Positions 1 through 13,400 of a DNA stretch of 64,000 nucleotides are shown one piece after another. Made by a program: the position numbers and the translations under genes. The stretch is from Sporopachydermia quercuum. Lineage: Eukaryota. The first letter of the stretch is position 1, and each line of letters begins with the position of its first letter. A model generated the notes under the pieces. It did no database searches. It had not been told where the DNA came from and saw nothing but the letters and a program-made list of their open reading frames with translations. The DNA lies in the NCBI GenBank assembly GCA_001599295.1, contig BCGN01000007.1:832470-896469 (forward strand), given 5' to 3'.

Positions 1-1147
1 GTTAGCTGTGCCACATTTGATGAAGCTTAAGGATAATAACCTATTATCATTCTTAAAGCAGTATCACTTGCTATCTACATTTTCAGATAAACTGCCTGAG
101 ATCCTTTCGATGAATGTTGAAGGATTAAGTGATAATATAGAAGACAATGTGAATACAAACTCGGAAAAACCATCAGAACATATCTCTCCTACTTTCGAGA
201 ATTCTAACGTTCCATTATCATCACCATCGTCAGTAGCAGAAATTCAGGCTCAAATCGAACCGTACATCAACATCCTCATTGATGCCAAACATGAACTTAT
301 ACCTAGTAAAGCCATAGAAATTCTTCAGTCAGCAAGCAAAAAAGATCATAAGTATCATGCTCTGTTGTATATTTACATTGAAAAGCTCTCTAAAGTGGAG
401 CCTTTTTTAACAAGAGGCTTAGGAAATCTGCAACTACAATTATACGCTGAATTCAATCGCCAGAAGCTTTTGGAATTCATCAAACGTGGAAATGTATATT
501 TTGACATCGAACAGGCTATCAAAGTATGCGAAAAGAACCATTTCACACAAGAGTTAGTATATCTTTTAGGCAAAGTAGGTCAGAATAAAAAAGCTCTAAT
601 GCTGATTATAGATGAACTTGGCGATCCTGAGCAAGCTATTGCGTTTGCTCATAACCAGAAGGATAAAGACTTATGGCAAGATTTAATAAGTTACAGTATG
701 GACAAACCTAAGTTTATTAAAGCATTGATTGATCATGCTGGTGGAGGGATTGATGCTCTTGAAGTAATCAATGGTATTCAAGACGGCCAAGAGATTCCTG
801 GACTGAAAAGCACCTTGCAAGAAATTTGTCAGAAGTATGAATTAGAGCTTAATACTAATAGTACTATTTTACAAGTAATCAAAACAGATGTACTAGCAAT
901 AGGACAAGAACTAAGATCTATCAGGCAGAAAGGATTCAGTTTTGACGAGGAAAAATGGATTAATGAATATGGAGAAGATGANACTGTTGTCAAGGACTCT
1001 TCAGGNAATGAGATGACAGAAATGGCATTGCTAGGTGAGAATTATGTGTGGAATAAAGGAGAAGTAAGAGACAGAGACAATTTAGGATATAAAATTCAGC
1101 ATCTAAAGTACTTGATTGAAAGGTTGAATGTTACGAAAGGAAGGTAG
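1..1147 (+). CDS. VPS41: HOPS subunit Vps41, C-terminal part (5' end lies outside the window)
   Basis: Clathrin-repeat-like segment LQLYAEFNRQKLLEFIK...ELVYLLGKVGQNKKALMLIIDELGDPEQAIAFA...DLWQDLISYSMDKPKFIKAL is typical of Vps41; stop TAG at 1145-1147. Confidence 0.88.
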   Translation, partial: LAVPHLMKLKDNNLLSFLKQYHLLSTFSDKLPEILSMNVEGLSDNIEDNVNTNSEKPSEHISPTFENSNVPLSSPSSVAEIQAQIEPYINILIDAKHELIPSKAIEILQSASKKDHKYHALLYIYIEKLSKVEPFLTRGLGNLQLQLYAEFNRQKLLEFIKRGNVYFDIEQAIKVCEKNHFTQELVYLLGKVGQNKKALMLIIDELGDPEQAIAFAHNQKDKDLWQDLISYSMDKPKFIKALIDHAGGGIDALEVINGIQDGQEIPGLKSTLQEICQKYELELNTNSTILQVIKTDVLAIGQELRSIRQKGFSFDEEKWINEYGEDXTVVKDSSXNEMTEMALLGENYVWNKGEVRDRDNLGYKIQHLKYLIERLNVTKGR

Positions 1148-1280
1148 ATAATATAATAGTTTCAAACTAATATAAATATTAGTATAGGTAGCCTTAGGAT
1201 GTAAAAACGTAATAGTAACAGAACTTCTCAGGTCTCTGCAGGACCCATCCATCACCCATTACATAAAAATTCCTACAATC

Positions 1281-1301
1281 AAAAAAAAAAAAAAAAAAAA
1301 A
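1281..1301. repeat. poly(dA) tract, 21 nt
   Basis: Seen directly, between the convergent VPS41 and RTG3 3' ends. Confidence 0.95.
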
Positions 1302-2478
1302 CCAGAATTACCAAACATATTATAGATAAACTCATATATTAACTATACGGAGTCCATATTTCTATTCCTAATAATTAAACATAGTATATATAAAGAAAAT
1401 TTCATCTAATATAATAAATAAACCAGAGATCACATCATACATTATCAATACAACTCACATCATCTAATTGGTTTCTTTGAATAAGTATAGTTGAACAGAA
1501 AAAAGGGAATTTCGTTAAATGAATGAGAATCAAGCTTTTAAGAAGATAACTATTGATTTGAGCTGATTAGAATGATGAAAGTAAGATCTCATGCAAGAAC
1601 TGGTAGAGCCTCTAGTAAAACATAAGTCTAATAGCAATGAGAACACTATCACCCATTGAACCTTTAATCATTAGATGTATCACAGAGCAAGACATCAGAA
1701 AAGAATCAAATGAGTAACCTCAAAACATCAAACTTCGCTAGTTAAGCATTTATTCTCTTCATATAAAATCTTGCTTAAATATATGATAATATATTGGTAA
1801 TCAGCAATAGCTCAGACGTACTAATAGCAATCAAACATGTTGTAATCTAATCATAGATATATCACCAAATACCAAAGAATCAGATACCTCTAACATAGTT
1901 AATGTTGCATATGAAAAATACAATTAGTAATAGTGCGACTCTTAGAATGAACAACTTAAAAGCTTCTAGTATGCAAACAGCCTTCAACGGTTCGTCGCGA
2001 TAACAATCTTAAAAGACGGTGCACAATATCAACTTCGTTTTGACATATAGTAATTTGATTTCCGGTCAGGTATGCATCCGCTAATATTCAGGCTTCTCTG
2101 CAATAATGTATCTAATAGAACTGACCAACTAGAGATTTCTATAAAAAATAGAAAATACCTCATTTCTTTAACTTCAGTATATAAACAAACCAGAAATCTT
2201 TTCCTCTCCCTGATTTCAAATCTGGAAATCAAATACAATAATTTCGCACTGGAGCTCCTTCCCTGATACTCCTTCCTAACATCTCCTCCTTTCTTTCATC
2301 AACTCAATTCGTATCATTTCTTTGATTCCCACTCAATATCTTCCTAGTATCTTCCCAAAATCCTTATATCTATTCATTTCAGTACTGTATCGCCTCATTC
2401 AAACAATAAAAAAACACTACCACCTATTATTACACGAACTATTCATTATTCTTCCATACAATCCACATAAAAACCTGC

Positions 2479-4278
2479 TCATAGATTACCAGAATCACCA
2501 TTATAGTTATCAACTGACAATGCAGGCGGCACATCAGAAAAATCTAATAAATCATCAATGAAAAAATCATTTCCTTGTCCAGTACTTCCAACTGGTGATG
2601 CTCCTGCATCTAGTGTGCTGTAATTAGGTGATCCAAAGTCGGAGAAATTCGATCTATAGAATTCATCATCCTCTGGAGCTCTACCATATTGATATGGTGA
2701 TATTATAGGATTAGGATCAATGTCAGAACCAAACATAGTAGCACCACGTTTATCCTGGACAGGAATTGGTTGGCTAACAGCGTTATTAGTAGTAATGGTG
2801 TTGGTGATACTATTAGGATTATTATTAGGAGTAGATGAATAGTTGGTATAAATCTGAGGGATAATGTTCGTATCAGAAAGCATAGAACCTACTGAATTTC
2901 TGTCAAGAGGTTCATTTGTATAGAGATTTTGGCGTTGAGGTTGGACCATTTCGTTCTTATATCCAGTGGTTATAGGAGACGTGGCATTTGAATTGCTGGT
3001 AATGTTATCACTAGCAGTATTAGCAGGATTTGCTCTGGTTGTATCAGAACTTCCAGTAAGAGTTTTCAACTCTTCCTCCAGAGATTCGACGCTGCATCTC
3101 TGTTGATCAGCCACATACAGCAAATGACGCATATAATCTACTGTTTTGTTCAAAATCGTGGATTTATTTGGCTTGCCATCTTTACCTAATGTTGGACCAT
3201 TAGGATCATCAAACTGATCGAAAAAATCATCTCCACCAATAAGAGATCGATCAACATGAGTATATCCCATCAACAAAGCTTCAGGGACCAGCTCGCCTAA
3301 TTGTTTGATTCTTAATTTGATATTATCACGTCGTCTTTGTTCAACAGCGTTGTGAAATTCTCTTCTACGCCGTAGCTTTTCTTCCTTTGTAAGCTTCCTA
3401 ACAGAAGCGTCACCTTTCGGTATCCGAGATGGTGATAACTTATCCGATAAGTCGGCCCCATCTTTTGAAAGTGAACCCCGGTTAGAACCAGAAGTTGCAT
3501 TATTAATCGCAAGAGGTTCTGTTTTGACGTTTCTGGGTGGAGATTGCTCTCGTTTCATTGTGTTTATATTGATAGCATTCTGATTGGGATTCGGGTTAAT
3601 CTCAGTGAACTGGGTCCCTGCGGCAGAAGCTAATGAGTTGAGAATGGGGTTATTGCGCGGAGGTGAGAAGTATGTTGGTGAGTGAACCCGTTGTAACATT
3701 TGTCCATTATAAACAGGAGGAAAATTGAGTAATTGGTTATCCAATGTATTTGTAGATATGGGAGAGGTCACTTTGGTAAGGATATTATCATCCAGGTCTA
3801 AATTATCACCGGCATACATAGTATCAATGTTTGACCCCGGTCCTGAATCATTTAAATTTGGCGAGCGCATATATGCACCTGGTCCATTAGGTCCCGGAAC
3901 AGGATAAGCATATGGCGAAGAAGGAGGAGCCTGCTTTCTATTGCGAATAACATGGGAATGATATTGATTAGAAGATGGTGGAGAAGATACAGCCGAGCCT
4001 GAATAATTTCGGAGATTATTATTATTGTTATTATTTCCGTTATAACCAACATTTATCGGCCTCCCTTGCTCCTGATAGAATTCAAAAGGTGGTGGACCTT
4101 GGTTGTTCATATTTGGTGGACTGTTCAATTGATTCATTCTCATATTGTAAGCCGAATTAGCAACCTGACGTGAATCTGATTCTTCTAAGTATCGCAAATA
4201 TTCAGGCGAGTTATTGTCAATCCCAGGTGCTGATTGTGGTTGTTGTGGCGCCTGTGAGTTGTAGTATATATTGTCCAT
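2479..4278 (-). CDS. RTG3: bHLH-Zip retrograde-response transcription factor, Rtg3-like
   Basis: RRREFHNAVEQRRRDNIKLRIKQLGELVP...KPNKSTILNKTVDYMRHL matches the Rtg3/MiT-TFE bHLH; divergent from SFT2 as in S. cerevisiae (YBL103C/YBL102W). Confidence 0.82.
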   Translation of the reverse strand: MDNIYYNSQAPQQPQSAPGIDNNSPEYLRYLEESDSRQVANSAYNMRMNQLNSPPNMNNQGPPPFEFYQEQGRPINVGYNGNNNNNNNLRNYSGSAVSSPPSSNQYHSHVIRNRKQAPPSSPYAYPVPGPNGPGAYMRSPNLNDSGPGSNIDTMYAGDNLDLDDNILTKVTSPISTNTLDNQLLNFPPVYNGQMLQRVHSPTYFSPPRNNPILNSLASAAGTQFTEINPNPNQNAININTMKREQSPPRNVKTEPLAINNATSGSNRGSLSKDGADLSDKLSPSRIPKGDASVRKLTKEEKLRRRREFHNAVEQRRRDNIKLRIKQLGELVPEALLMGYTHVDRSLIGGDDFFDQFDDPNGPTLGKDGKPNKSTILNKTVDYMRHLLYVADQQRCSVESLEEELKTLTGSSDTTRANPANTASDNITSNSNATSPITTGYKNEMVQPQRQNLYTNEPLDRNSVGSMLSDTNIIPQIYTNYSSTPNNNPNSITNTITTNNAVSQPIPVQDKRGATMFGSDIDPNPIISPYQYGRAPEDDEFYRSNFSDFGSPNYSTLDAGASPVGSTGQGNDFFIDDLLDFSDVPPALSVDNYNGDSGNL

Positions 4279-4908
4279 TTCTGTGGATTATAATGCTACT
4301 ATTATATATGTAGTTCGTACCTCATAGATACACACTCATCTATAGTAATTTCGAGCAGTTTTTAAATGAGGATTCGTGACTTGAAGCTGTATTTCTCTTG
4401 CTGTGTTTTCATTTGTTTATCCTGGTTAATTGCTTTTTCCTANTTATGTGAGAGATAACATTTATTTGACAATGAGACAAGTAAAAAATGGTTGGCTGGT
4501 AATCAAGGGGGAATTCTTACCATTGAGATGAGGTTAGGTCTGAAACTAGACCCTGTAGATAGATCTCCGAGAATAAAATGAGAGTCTAGACCTTTATGGA
4601 TATGACAAGTGAGGAGTCTGCAATTGTTACCCTATCGCGTGGATTAGTTTTATTATGACAGGTTCACGGGGGTGTTCGGGAGATGATAATATCAGTAGTG
4701 TCAAGCTTCTGGAGATATTGCCGAGATGAGGCAACAGGTAATAGGGATAACATCGGACTTCGGTATCGACATGTTGGTATTATTACTATGCCTGATATAA
4801 TGTATCAGATATGGACAAGCAGGAAATATTTATCAGAACTGTTTCATGAACTGATTCTGTTCAAGAGGNTAGGCTAGTTGTATTTCTTATTAGAGGTTGT
4901 AGTTCCAA

Positions 4909-5756
4909 ATGGCAGGAACCAGTTTCAGAGACCAATTGTCTCGAATCACAGATTCACGCACACCTGGTATACCTTCAGAGTCAGCAAACACATCATTCTT
5001 ATCATCATGGAAAACATCGCTACAGAGCGTGAATCCTTTCACGAACGGTAGAATTCAACTGCCAACTACAGAGCCTGTTGGAAATAGTGCAAATCCTGTT
5101 GAGAACGTACCTGCTGCAGAAGAACCTGAATGGTTTACTTGTAAGTATATGTTGATGGGTTGATATTCTGTCACAACCAATCTGATGTACTAACGAACGA
5201 TCAACTGCAGTATCGCGATGGGACAGATTATTGGTTTTTGGCATCTGTATTGCTGGCTCGCTAGCCTGCTTTTTCATTGGCTTTCTCTTATTTCCTGTAC
5301 TTGCAATAAAACCAAGAAAGTTTGTTTTAATATGGACTTTAGGAGGTTTACTTTTTGTTATATCTTTCGGTGTATTGCAAGGACCAGTCAATTATCTACA
5401 ACATTTGGTTTCACCTCAAAGACTTCCATTTAGCTTGTTTTTCTTTGGTTCAAGCATCATGACGTTGATTGCATCTTTAGTGGTATGTTTTTTGTTTACT
5501 GGTCCGTGAATGATGTTCAGATTAAGGGCCTAAAAAAAGAAAGAAATGACTGTCAATTTCGTCGGTTTATTTTTCCTTGCATATTTCTAACTATCATTAT
5601 TAGTTAAAATCAACAATATTGACTATATTGTTCGGTGTTTTAGAAGTAATATCCGTTATCTATTATACGGTGTCATATTTCCCTATGGGTACTCAGAGCN
5701 TCCGGTTTGCTTCAAGGATCGGTACAAGGCAAGTTACGTCATGGATTAATTCTTGA
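4909..5756 (+). CDS. SFT2: Sft2/Got1-family Golgi membrane protein; exons 4909-5140, 5211-5482, 5604-5756
   Basis: Intron 1 GTAAGT(5141)..TACTAAC(5188)..CAG(5210); intron 2 GTATGT(5483)..TTCTAAC(5585)..TAG(5603). Splicing yields WFTLSRWDRLLVFG...KPRKFVLIWTLG...RLPFS...LKSTILT...SYFPMG. Confidence 0.93.
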
Positions 5757-5911
5757 GTACTGTGATTGCAAGTTTGAAAGAAATCGAGATTAGAAGGTAG
5801 AGATCGTATTAAGAAGTACGGGATACGACATAACGTGTAAATACTTGCTGATTAATAGAATGATATGTTATTGCTTATTAACGTGCCCGAGGGATCAAGG
5901 AAGGCGCATAA

Positions 5912-5920
5912 ATGACTCAT
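5912..5920. promoter_or_regulatory. Perfect Gcn4/AP-1-type site ATGACTCAT
   Basis: Exact consensus about 950 bp upstream of HNT1; function not shown. Confidence 0.35.
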
Positions 5921-6871
5921 TTTTTACACGAGGATTTGAAATCAATTATCAATGAATTGCTGGATACTATTGTTCGAAGAATCATGATGTAAACCACCGC
6001 TGTCGGACATCGTTTTGAGAGAGGAAAGATAGAAAGTAGCAACCTTCATAATAGTTAACTAGAATGGATATAATGAAATACAATTTATACGAATATTGAG
6101 AGATTCAATAGAATTTACTACCGAATTTTNAAAGCTTTTGTTCAAAGATCATTATAATATTGTCTATTTGCTCATTCAATCATCTGTATTATTATTTCGT
6201 ACTGGAACCCAACTGAGCACAAAAACACATTCACCTTTCCTCTAGGCATATTCTCTTCCACATTCACAATAGAGCTTCATGAGATAAGTACATCACAACC
6301 GACTGTCTCATCAACAAGACAGCATTCCATGTTTTTGTATATTTATTTATTAACCATTAGTTTAATAGTATTTCCTTCTTCTTCAACCATCGACCCGTTA
6401 ACTTTCCATTACACCTACTTCTTATCAGTTTTTTACCCTACCGAAGCTGATTTCGGAAACTATGTCTCCAACCATAAATATGATAACCTCCGATATTTTA
6501 AGTCTCCACTATTCAACCCCACCAACTACGAATCCACTTCACCCCTCCTCTTATTACACAATTGCCCTTTGTCCTTCCGTAGCATATGATCCTACCTTTT
6601 GTCCATAATAACTCCTTCCCTTCCCTTATATACATACTATTTGTCTTCCTATTTCTCCCCCTTATCATCTACGNTATTAACAGTAGGGAAAATGATAGNA
6701 ATAACAAGAAGAACATTCTNGCTGTTTTATTGAGACCATTTAACAAGGAAGAATACGATAATCTGAGCAATTGAGTTCTATATCATTACTTCATTATACC
6801 AGCTCATCGTACTACAAAAACACTTCACATAGTGAACTACAGAATTCTACAGCTATAGGAACGTATCAACA

Positions 6872-7524
6872 ATGACTTCTTCTGCTACCTGTGTGTTTTG
6901 CAAAATCATCAAGGGTATGTATATATACATTTTACAAAGGTGGGGTTAAAAGGATTGGAAATGGAAGTCAGAAGTATAAGCTGGTTGACTCAATTATCAC
7001 CATGTACTGATACTAGTGGATTTAATAGTTACTGCATTATGATCAAGGACGCCCATAATTACGCTCACATCCTATTTATTTCTCTGCAAATAACTAACTT
7101 AGCAATGTTAGGTGAAATTCCCTCATTCAAACTCTATGAAACAGCGAAGTCTTACGCTTTCTTAGATATCTCACCAACTGCCACAGGTCATGCTCTAGTT
7201 ATTCCTAAGTACCATGGTGCCAAACTTCACAACATCCCTGATGACTATTTAGCCGACATCCTTCCTGTAGCTAAGAAGATTGCCCTGGTATCAGATGTTG
7301 GAATAGATAAAGAAGACGAAACCGATTTGTCTGGCCCTGGTTACAACATTCTACAAAACAACGCAGCTATTGCTCACCAAGTTGTTCCTCATGTCCATTT
7401 CCATTTCATGCCTAAGAGAGATGAAGAAACTGGTTTAGTTGTTGGATGGCCTCAACCGGGAAGCGACATGGACAAGTTGAAAGCTTTACATGCTGAACTT
7501 GTCGAGAAAATCAGTAAATTGTGA
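6872..7524 (+). CDS. HNT1: HIT-family adenosine monophosphoramidase Hnt1; exons 6872-6914, 7112-7524
   Basis: MTSSATCVFCKIIKG|EIPSFKL after removing GTATGT(6915)..AACTAAC(7092)..TAG(7111); GHALVIPKYHGAKLH and histidine triad HQVVPHVHFH. Confidence 0.95.
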
Positions 7525-7714
7525 TTCAGTCATCAGTATTAGAATTATNCATTATATATAATCAGTACATACAGAAATTGTTTATTTAGTTTTTATGACT
7601 CTATGAGACAAGAAGTGTTCTTATCCAATTTTTCTTAGAATACGTCAGTAATCTTACCCAAATACACTTACTTAAACAGCTTACTTTCAAACCTTTACAC
7701 CTTTCTTATTGCTT

Positions 7715-7745
7715 GTTCAGATAGTTCAGATAGTTCAGATAGTTC
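7715..7745. repeat. 9-bp tandem repeat (GTTCAGATA) x3 plus partial
   Basis: gttcagata gttcagata gttcagata gttc seen directly. Confidence 0.9.
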
Positions 7746-7817
7746 GCTAATTACCACTACTTTAACACATTACGAAGCATGCCTTTGAAATATCACCATG
7801 TTTTCATAATGAACCAT

Positions 7818-8935
7818 TTACTCTTTCTTGGCTTGTCTAGCAGCCTTTTTCAAAGCTCTCTTGCGGATATCTAAGTGCATGTCATGATTGATTTTCACAG
7901 TGATTTTACTGAAAACGCCAACAGTGTTTTCTATCCACCAATTCATAAGAGCGTGTGACCAGTAAGGTGTAATTGATGCATAGCGGCTTTGAGCACCACA
8001 TCGTCTTCCTATGTTTCGTAAAGTAGAACCAACAAATGCCTTGGGATTAGGGATTAGAGCAGAGGTTCTCTTGATCTTAGACATAGCCGAGGTAACCAAG
8101 TAAGAAATCACGAGTTCAACATCAACCTTTGGTGATAGTTCCTGAGCCAAAGCAGAACTCCAGTTCTGCAAAAATGCTTTAGAACCAGAATATGTAGCCA
8201 GATAAGGAGTAGGAATTAGACCAGAGAAAGAGCCCATGGTAAGAATGAGGGATTTACCAGTAGCAGTCTTCAAATAAGGTATCAACAACTGAGTGATCTT
8301 TAATGTAACCAGATTATTCATTATAACGATGGTTTCCAATTCACTCTGAGAAGTTTCTTCGAATGACACGGGTACTGAATGAGAAGTACCGACATTGTTG
8401 ATCAAAACACTGACCTTATTGGTAAGCTCTGGTGTATCTAAAACATCCTTGATAGCTTTGTAGTTGGATTCATTGTCAGTTGATAAATCAGCAGCCAAAA
8501 ACTTGGTTTCAACGTTGTATTTGTCATGAATAGTATTGGCTAATTCAACAAGCTTGGATTCAGTTCTGGAGATCAAAAAAACATTGAAGCCTTTCTTTGC
8601 CAATTGGGAAGAAAACTCTTTACCAATACCATCAGATGCTCCTGTGATGACAGCCCAATTGCCTTTCTTTGCCCCATACTTCTTCAACTAAAGGTTCGTC
8701 AGTTTAACAGTTCATCAATGAACTACATTATTTCCCCGGAGGGTCATGAGTATTTAATCAGGTTCAAAAAACAACTTACATTCACNGGTGGTAAAAAGAA
8801 CAAATCCAACAACATAGCACTGTAACTCAATACAAGATGAGTTACTTTAAGAATACCGGCTGCGACCACCCCATAGTAAACGAATTTACCAAACTGAGAG
8901 TCTAGCACTGAGTTAAGAATTGCATAGTCCACCAT
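7818..8935 (-). CDS. IFA38: Very-long-chain 3-ketoacyl-CoA reductase (SDR); exons 8935-8780, 8687-7818
   Basis: Minus-strand intron GTAAGT(8779)..AACTGAC..TAG(8688), phase 0; WAVITGASDGIGKEF, LINNVG, catalytic YSGSK, C-terminal ER-retrieval-like AKKE. Confidence 0.93.
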
Positions 8936-10410
8936 GATTGATATTTGAACGGATTGAAGCTCTATAACAATAGTAGTGTCTGATATTGCTTTGAATGTCA
9001 ATAACGATGAACTCCAAATAGATTTATTGATTGTATCCAATGAAAGGAACATTCACAACATATTAACAGCGATTAATTAATTTACTAAGTCGTTAATTTA
9101 ATTACGGACGCGAAATGGGTTACAAGGGTGTTCGAGATACAATTAAGAAATAAAATATCACATAATCACTATATGGTTATCGAATTTCTGCTTCCTCTCA
9201 ACAGAATAGCATAGAATTTAAGCACTGAAAATAAATCAATTTAGCCAGAAGATCTTGATATTAACAGTTATGCAGCGCAATGCAACTCAAGCCAATAATC
9301 TCCTTTCTGAAATATTGTGCTTACCGTTATTTTCATCGTCATCAACATCTCACCATATCTTACCATATCTTACCCTCCTAACACTTTATGTCACCTATAA
9401 CACATCTCATCTCATCTCATCTCATAATATTATTCTGTCCCATTTCACTTCCCTCAACTTTGCCTCAACCCTCACATAGGACTTTTTCTATAATAACTTT
9501 AACCTTACCAGCCGGAGCCGAAACTTATATCCCAAATTGTGGTTTTTCACCCCGCAATTTTCTTCTGATCGTTTTCCTGAAAAACAAAAACCAAAGACAA
9601 TGGCCTTGTTATTACTGTGTGATTACCATTGTTGTATGCTATAAGAGATCATAAATACCGCATTGACTAAGCGAGAAAGAAGACAGCCGGTATACTTGAT
9701 TTGATTGAGGCAGTTCAGTTTAATGAGAAACATTTGAGTGTACTAGCGGATCTATTGATTATAGAACAATAGCTTTGTCTTCTGATGAGTATAGTAATTG
9801 AGAGTAACTGTTAGTCATCAGCAGTGGATTACTATCGGAATAATTTCTGATAGGAAGAGTAGAAGAGATTTAATAATAAAACTGGGAGAAAACAATAATA
9901 CTGGAGAGTTTTTGCGATTCTAAATCATTAGTTGCAGTGTTTGACTTTATCCGATTAGTTGGCTTACTATTTCTTGCTCACGCTACTTCACGGGATTATT
10001 ACCACTTCTAAGGGCAACGAGAAACCAGTCGTTTTTGCTGTGTTAACCTGATTTCGTTTTTTGTTGGAAGCTTAGTTCAACAGTTTTCATTATATAAATA
10101 AAAGAATTAGTGGNTCTTGTTTGAGTGCCTGAGTCATTCATCTGATTATTATACTGTTCTTTTATTTTACTACTAAAACAGGTCATTCATTCATTGAAGA
10201 TACTTAAGAGTCAATCAAGAACGACAAATAATACATTCAAATCAATCATTTATGTCAACATTCGTAATCCCGGCTTTTTGTTCACACGCTAGATATTTAG
10301 AATCCACATACATTACTGCTCGAACCTTAATATCAATCAATGAAATATTCAATTAATTGGATTTCTGTTCACAACATCATATAGACCTTTCATGACAACA
10401 CTCACACGCT

Positions 10411-13400
10411 ATGGATAATAGATTCGATGAAATAAATAAACTGGAATTATCAACTAATTATAAAGACCACCATCATGATTACAATTCCTCGAACGACCAT
10501 ATAGCAGGAATCTCCTACTACACACATTTATTCAATCCAGGAACTTTCAATGGTGTTTCTACGGGTGCTCATGAGCATTCTACTGCAGGAGTTTCTACCA
10601 ATGTGTCTGTATCTTTACCAGCCCAGCAGCTCTCTAATTCTAGCACTAATCCGTTCATGATGCAGTCTATATCCACTGTTCCAGTTCCCGTGGGCGTTCC
10701 AGTTCCAGTCCCAGTCCCAGTTCCAGTGCATAGTATGCAGCCTTATTACGCATATTCGCAGCCTATTCTTCACAAGGCTCCTGCAAGGAAAGTGAAAAAG
10801 CAGTATAAACCAAGAAAGCTTGATAAAGAAAGCATTTCCAGAAGAACAGAAGCTTCAAAAACGCTAGGAATATCAGGCAAAGGATCAGGCAAAGGATCAG
10901 GCAAAGGATCAGGCAAAGGATCAGGCAAAGGATCGGGCAGTTTATTCTACCATTCAAGCTCACCAGATGATCTTTTTGACCCCTCAAATTCAATAGGCTC
11001 TCTTTCTACTTCCCTCTCCCTTATTTCTCTTCCGAAACATATTCTATTCAACATCCTTTCACACCCATCTCTTCGCCTTATTGACTATATCTCCTTATTA
11101 TATTCATCTCAGCATCTTAGGACTGTCGTCCTTGAATATTTAAGGTATCATTTGTTCTCCAATACATATCCAGGGATCAACTACGACAAGCTGAGCTCTA
11201 ATCAAAAGCAAGAGCTTGAAGAAGAGTTCAAGGCTCACTACGATATTCACAAGAGAAGGAAAGCTACTAAGAAGAAGTTTGATAAAACGCTTGAATCTGA
11301 TATCATATACTCTGAGCATTCAATGAAGGATCTGGGAACCATTAGCAATAATTATAATAATATCAGGAACAACAACAATAGTATTTCCAGTAGCAGCAGT
11401 ACTAATACCATTAGTAATAATAGCAAGAATACTGATACTGGTGCCTGTCTCAATACTAGTACTGTTTCTGCTGCTGGTAGCAATAACAGTTATCCATTTA
11501 CTGCTGATTCTAACGAAATTAAAGCTATGAGACTATTGAACAGAATTCTGTTCGAATCTCCTTCTCCACACAGTCTTTTCACGGCTCTCCAACACGATGA
11601 GCCTTCATTTTCGCTCATTTCAAAGTTGGAGATATACAATCCTTTGTCAATTGATTTCCTGTTTTTACTAGCAAACCAATGCAGCCAATTAACAGAACTC
11701 TACTTGAGTTTTGGTCAATCGTTGATGTTATTTTTGCTTAACGAAGAAAACGGTGGAGCCATTGATGATTCCATGTTCCATACTAGTGATAATGACAATG
11801 AGAATATTGACAATATTAATAATATCAGTATCAATAATACAACAAGCATAGTCGATTCTATTGACAACAATACTAGTAATAATTCGAGTACNAATAATAA
11901 TATCAATACTGTTGATAGCATTTACTCCACTACAAATGCTTCTGGTACCTCTGGAAAAGCACACAACCCACAATCATCACTATCAACATCGATATCAGAT
12001 AATCGACCAAAACTATCTTCATCAACAGCACATTCAGGACTTTTTGGATTCCAATTTCTACTCTATCTTGACTCAATTCAAGCATCAAAACCTTTGTCCT
12101 ATTACTCAGTGGAATTTCTACAGGAACTCTACCCTTCAAAAGCTCCAACATCCTTTCAAGACTTACCCCCGCTTCCAAAAACCGTTCGAACGTTCCGTTT
12201 ACCATTTTTAACACATTTGAAGTTTGCTAGAAGCTCTGGATTGTATGAAGTGTTGAATGAGAGTTTTTTGATGGGCCTGCTTAATGGTTGTAAAGATAAC
12301 CTGACATACTTGGATATTCGTGAATGGGTGCTTGATAATTACGAGAAACCTTTCGAAAATACTTTTTATGCAACTCTGGAGGCTCTCAAAAGTCTCCAAA
12401 CGCTGATTTTTGTAGATACTGTGAATCTTAACTTGAAATACGTGTTTTTGGGCACAGAAAAACTAACTACCTTGCACTCATTAGTACTAGGAGGAAATAC
12501 TACGTACACAGCAGACAACCTGAGAAATGGGACTTTCCAGTTGGATTCCTTTTACTTCAATAATGTCAGCAGGTCTAAGGCTATTAAACTATGGAGGACG
12601 GAAACAGAGGAACAATCAGGATTACTGGAAGAACACACAAAAGCAGGACAGCTGTGCTTCAATCGGTTTTTCAAAGCTGTGGCGCGAAATCCAAGGATGT
12701 TCAGTTTTGTATTGAAAGTACTAGGAAGATTACGCAGGCTTTATATCTGGAAAGCAGTCAATTTGAAAGTTGAGACCGTTGTAGAGCTTTTGCCTTACTG
12801 CTGTCGGTTACAAGAGCTGGAGATGATGATGTGTGGCATCAGTGAAGAAGAGACTAATAGTAAGTCTGAAATAGAAACAAATATTACAGCAAGCTCTACC
12901 GGAGCATCGAATTCAGAATTATCTCCAACAGCTATAACTCCTTCTTCAACCATATCTGATTATGACATTTCTGATATATCTGTTGTGAGTATATTTGAAG
13001 CCTGTCCAAGGTTAACGAGGCTAAGAATGAGATTCTTTGGTTATGAAGTGAGCAGCGGCCATATTCAAAGGATCAGACATTCTGGTTTCATAAAGACGAG
13101 CAAAACCATCCAATTTGAAGTAGAAAATAGTGACGGCATAGTTGATGGAACAGGAGTAAGTAATGATGAGTCTATCAGTAATAATATCGGTGGTAGTAAT
13201 GGCTCCGGTACCGGAATTACCACGCGTGGTAAATCTGGGAAACGAGTAAGTTTAGGAGATTTGTTCTTATCTAGCACAGAATCTGCAACCGTAAATTCTA
13301 CTATCCCTTCGACTGATAGTCCTCCTGTGATTATTGAGAGAATGAGATCAAAACAACCATATGTATTTTCCATACGGTTTCGTGGGTTTAGATCCAGATC

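Noticed and set aside
9782..9850. TGATGA..CTGA pair upstream of the F-box gene
   Set aside because: Imperfect C box, weak terminal stem, no identifiable target.
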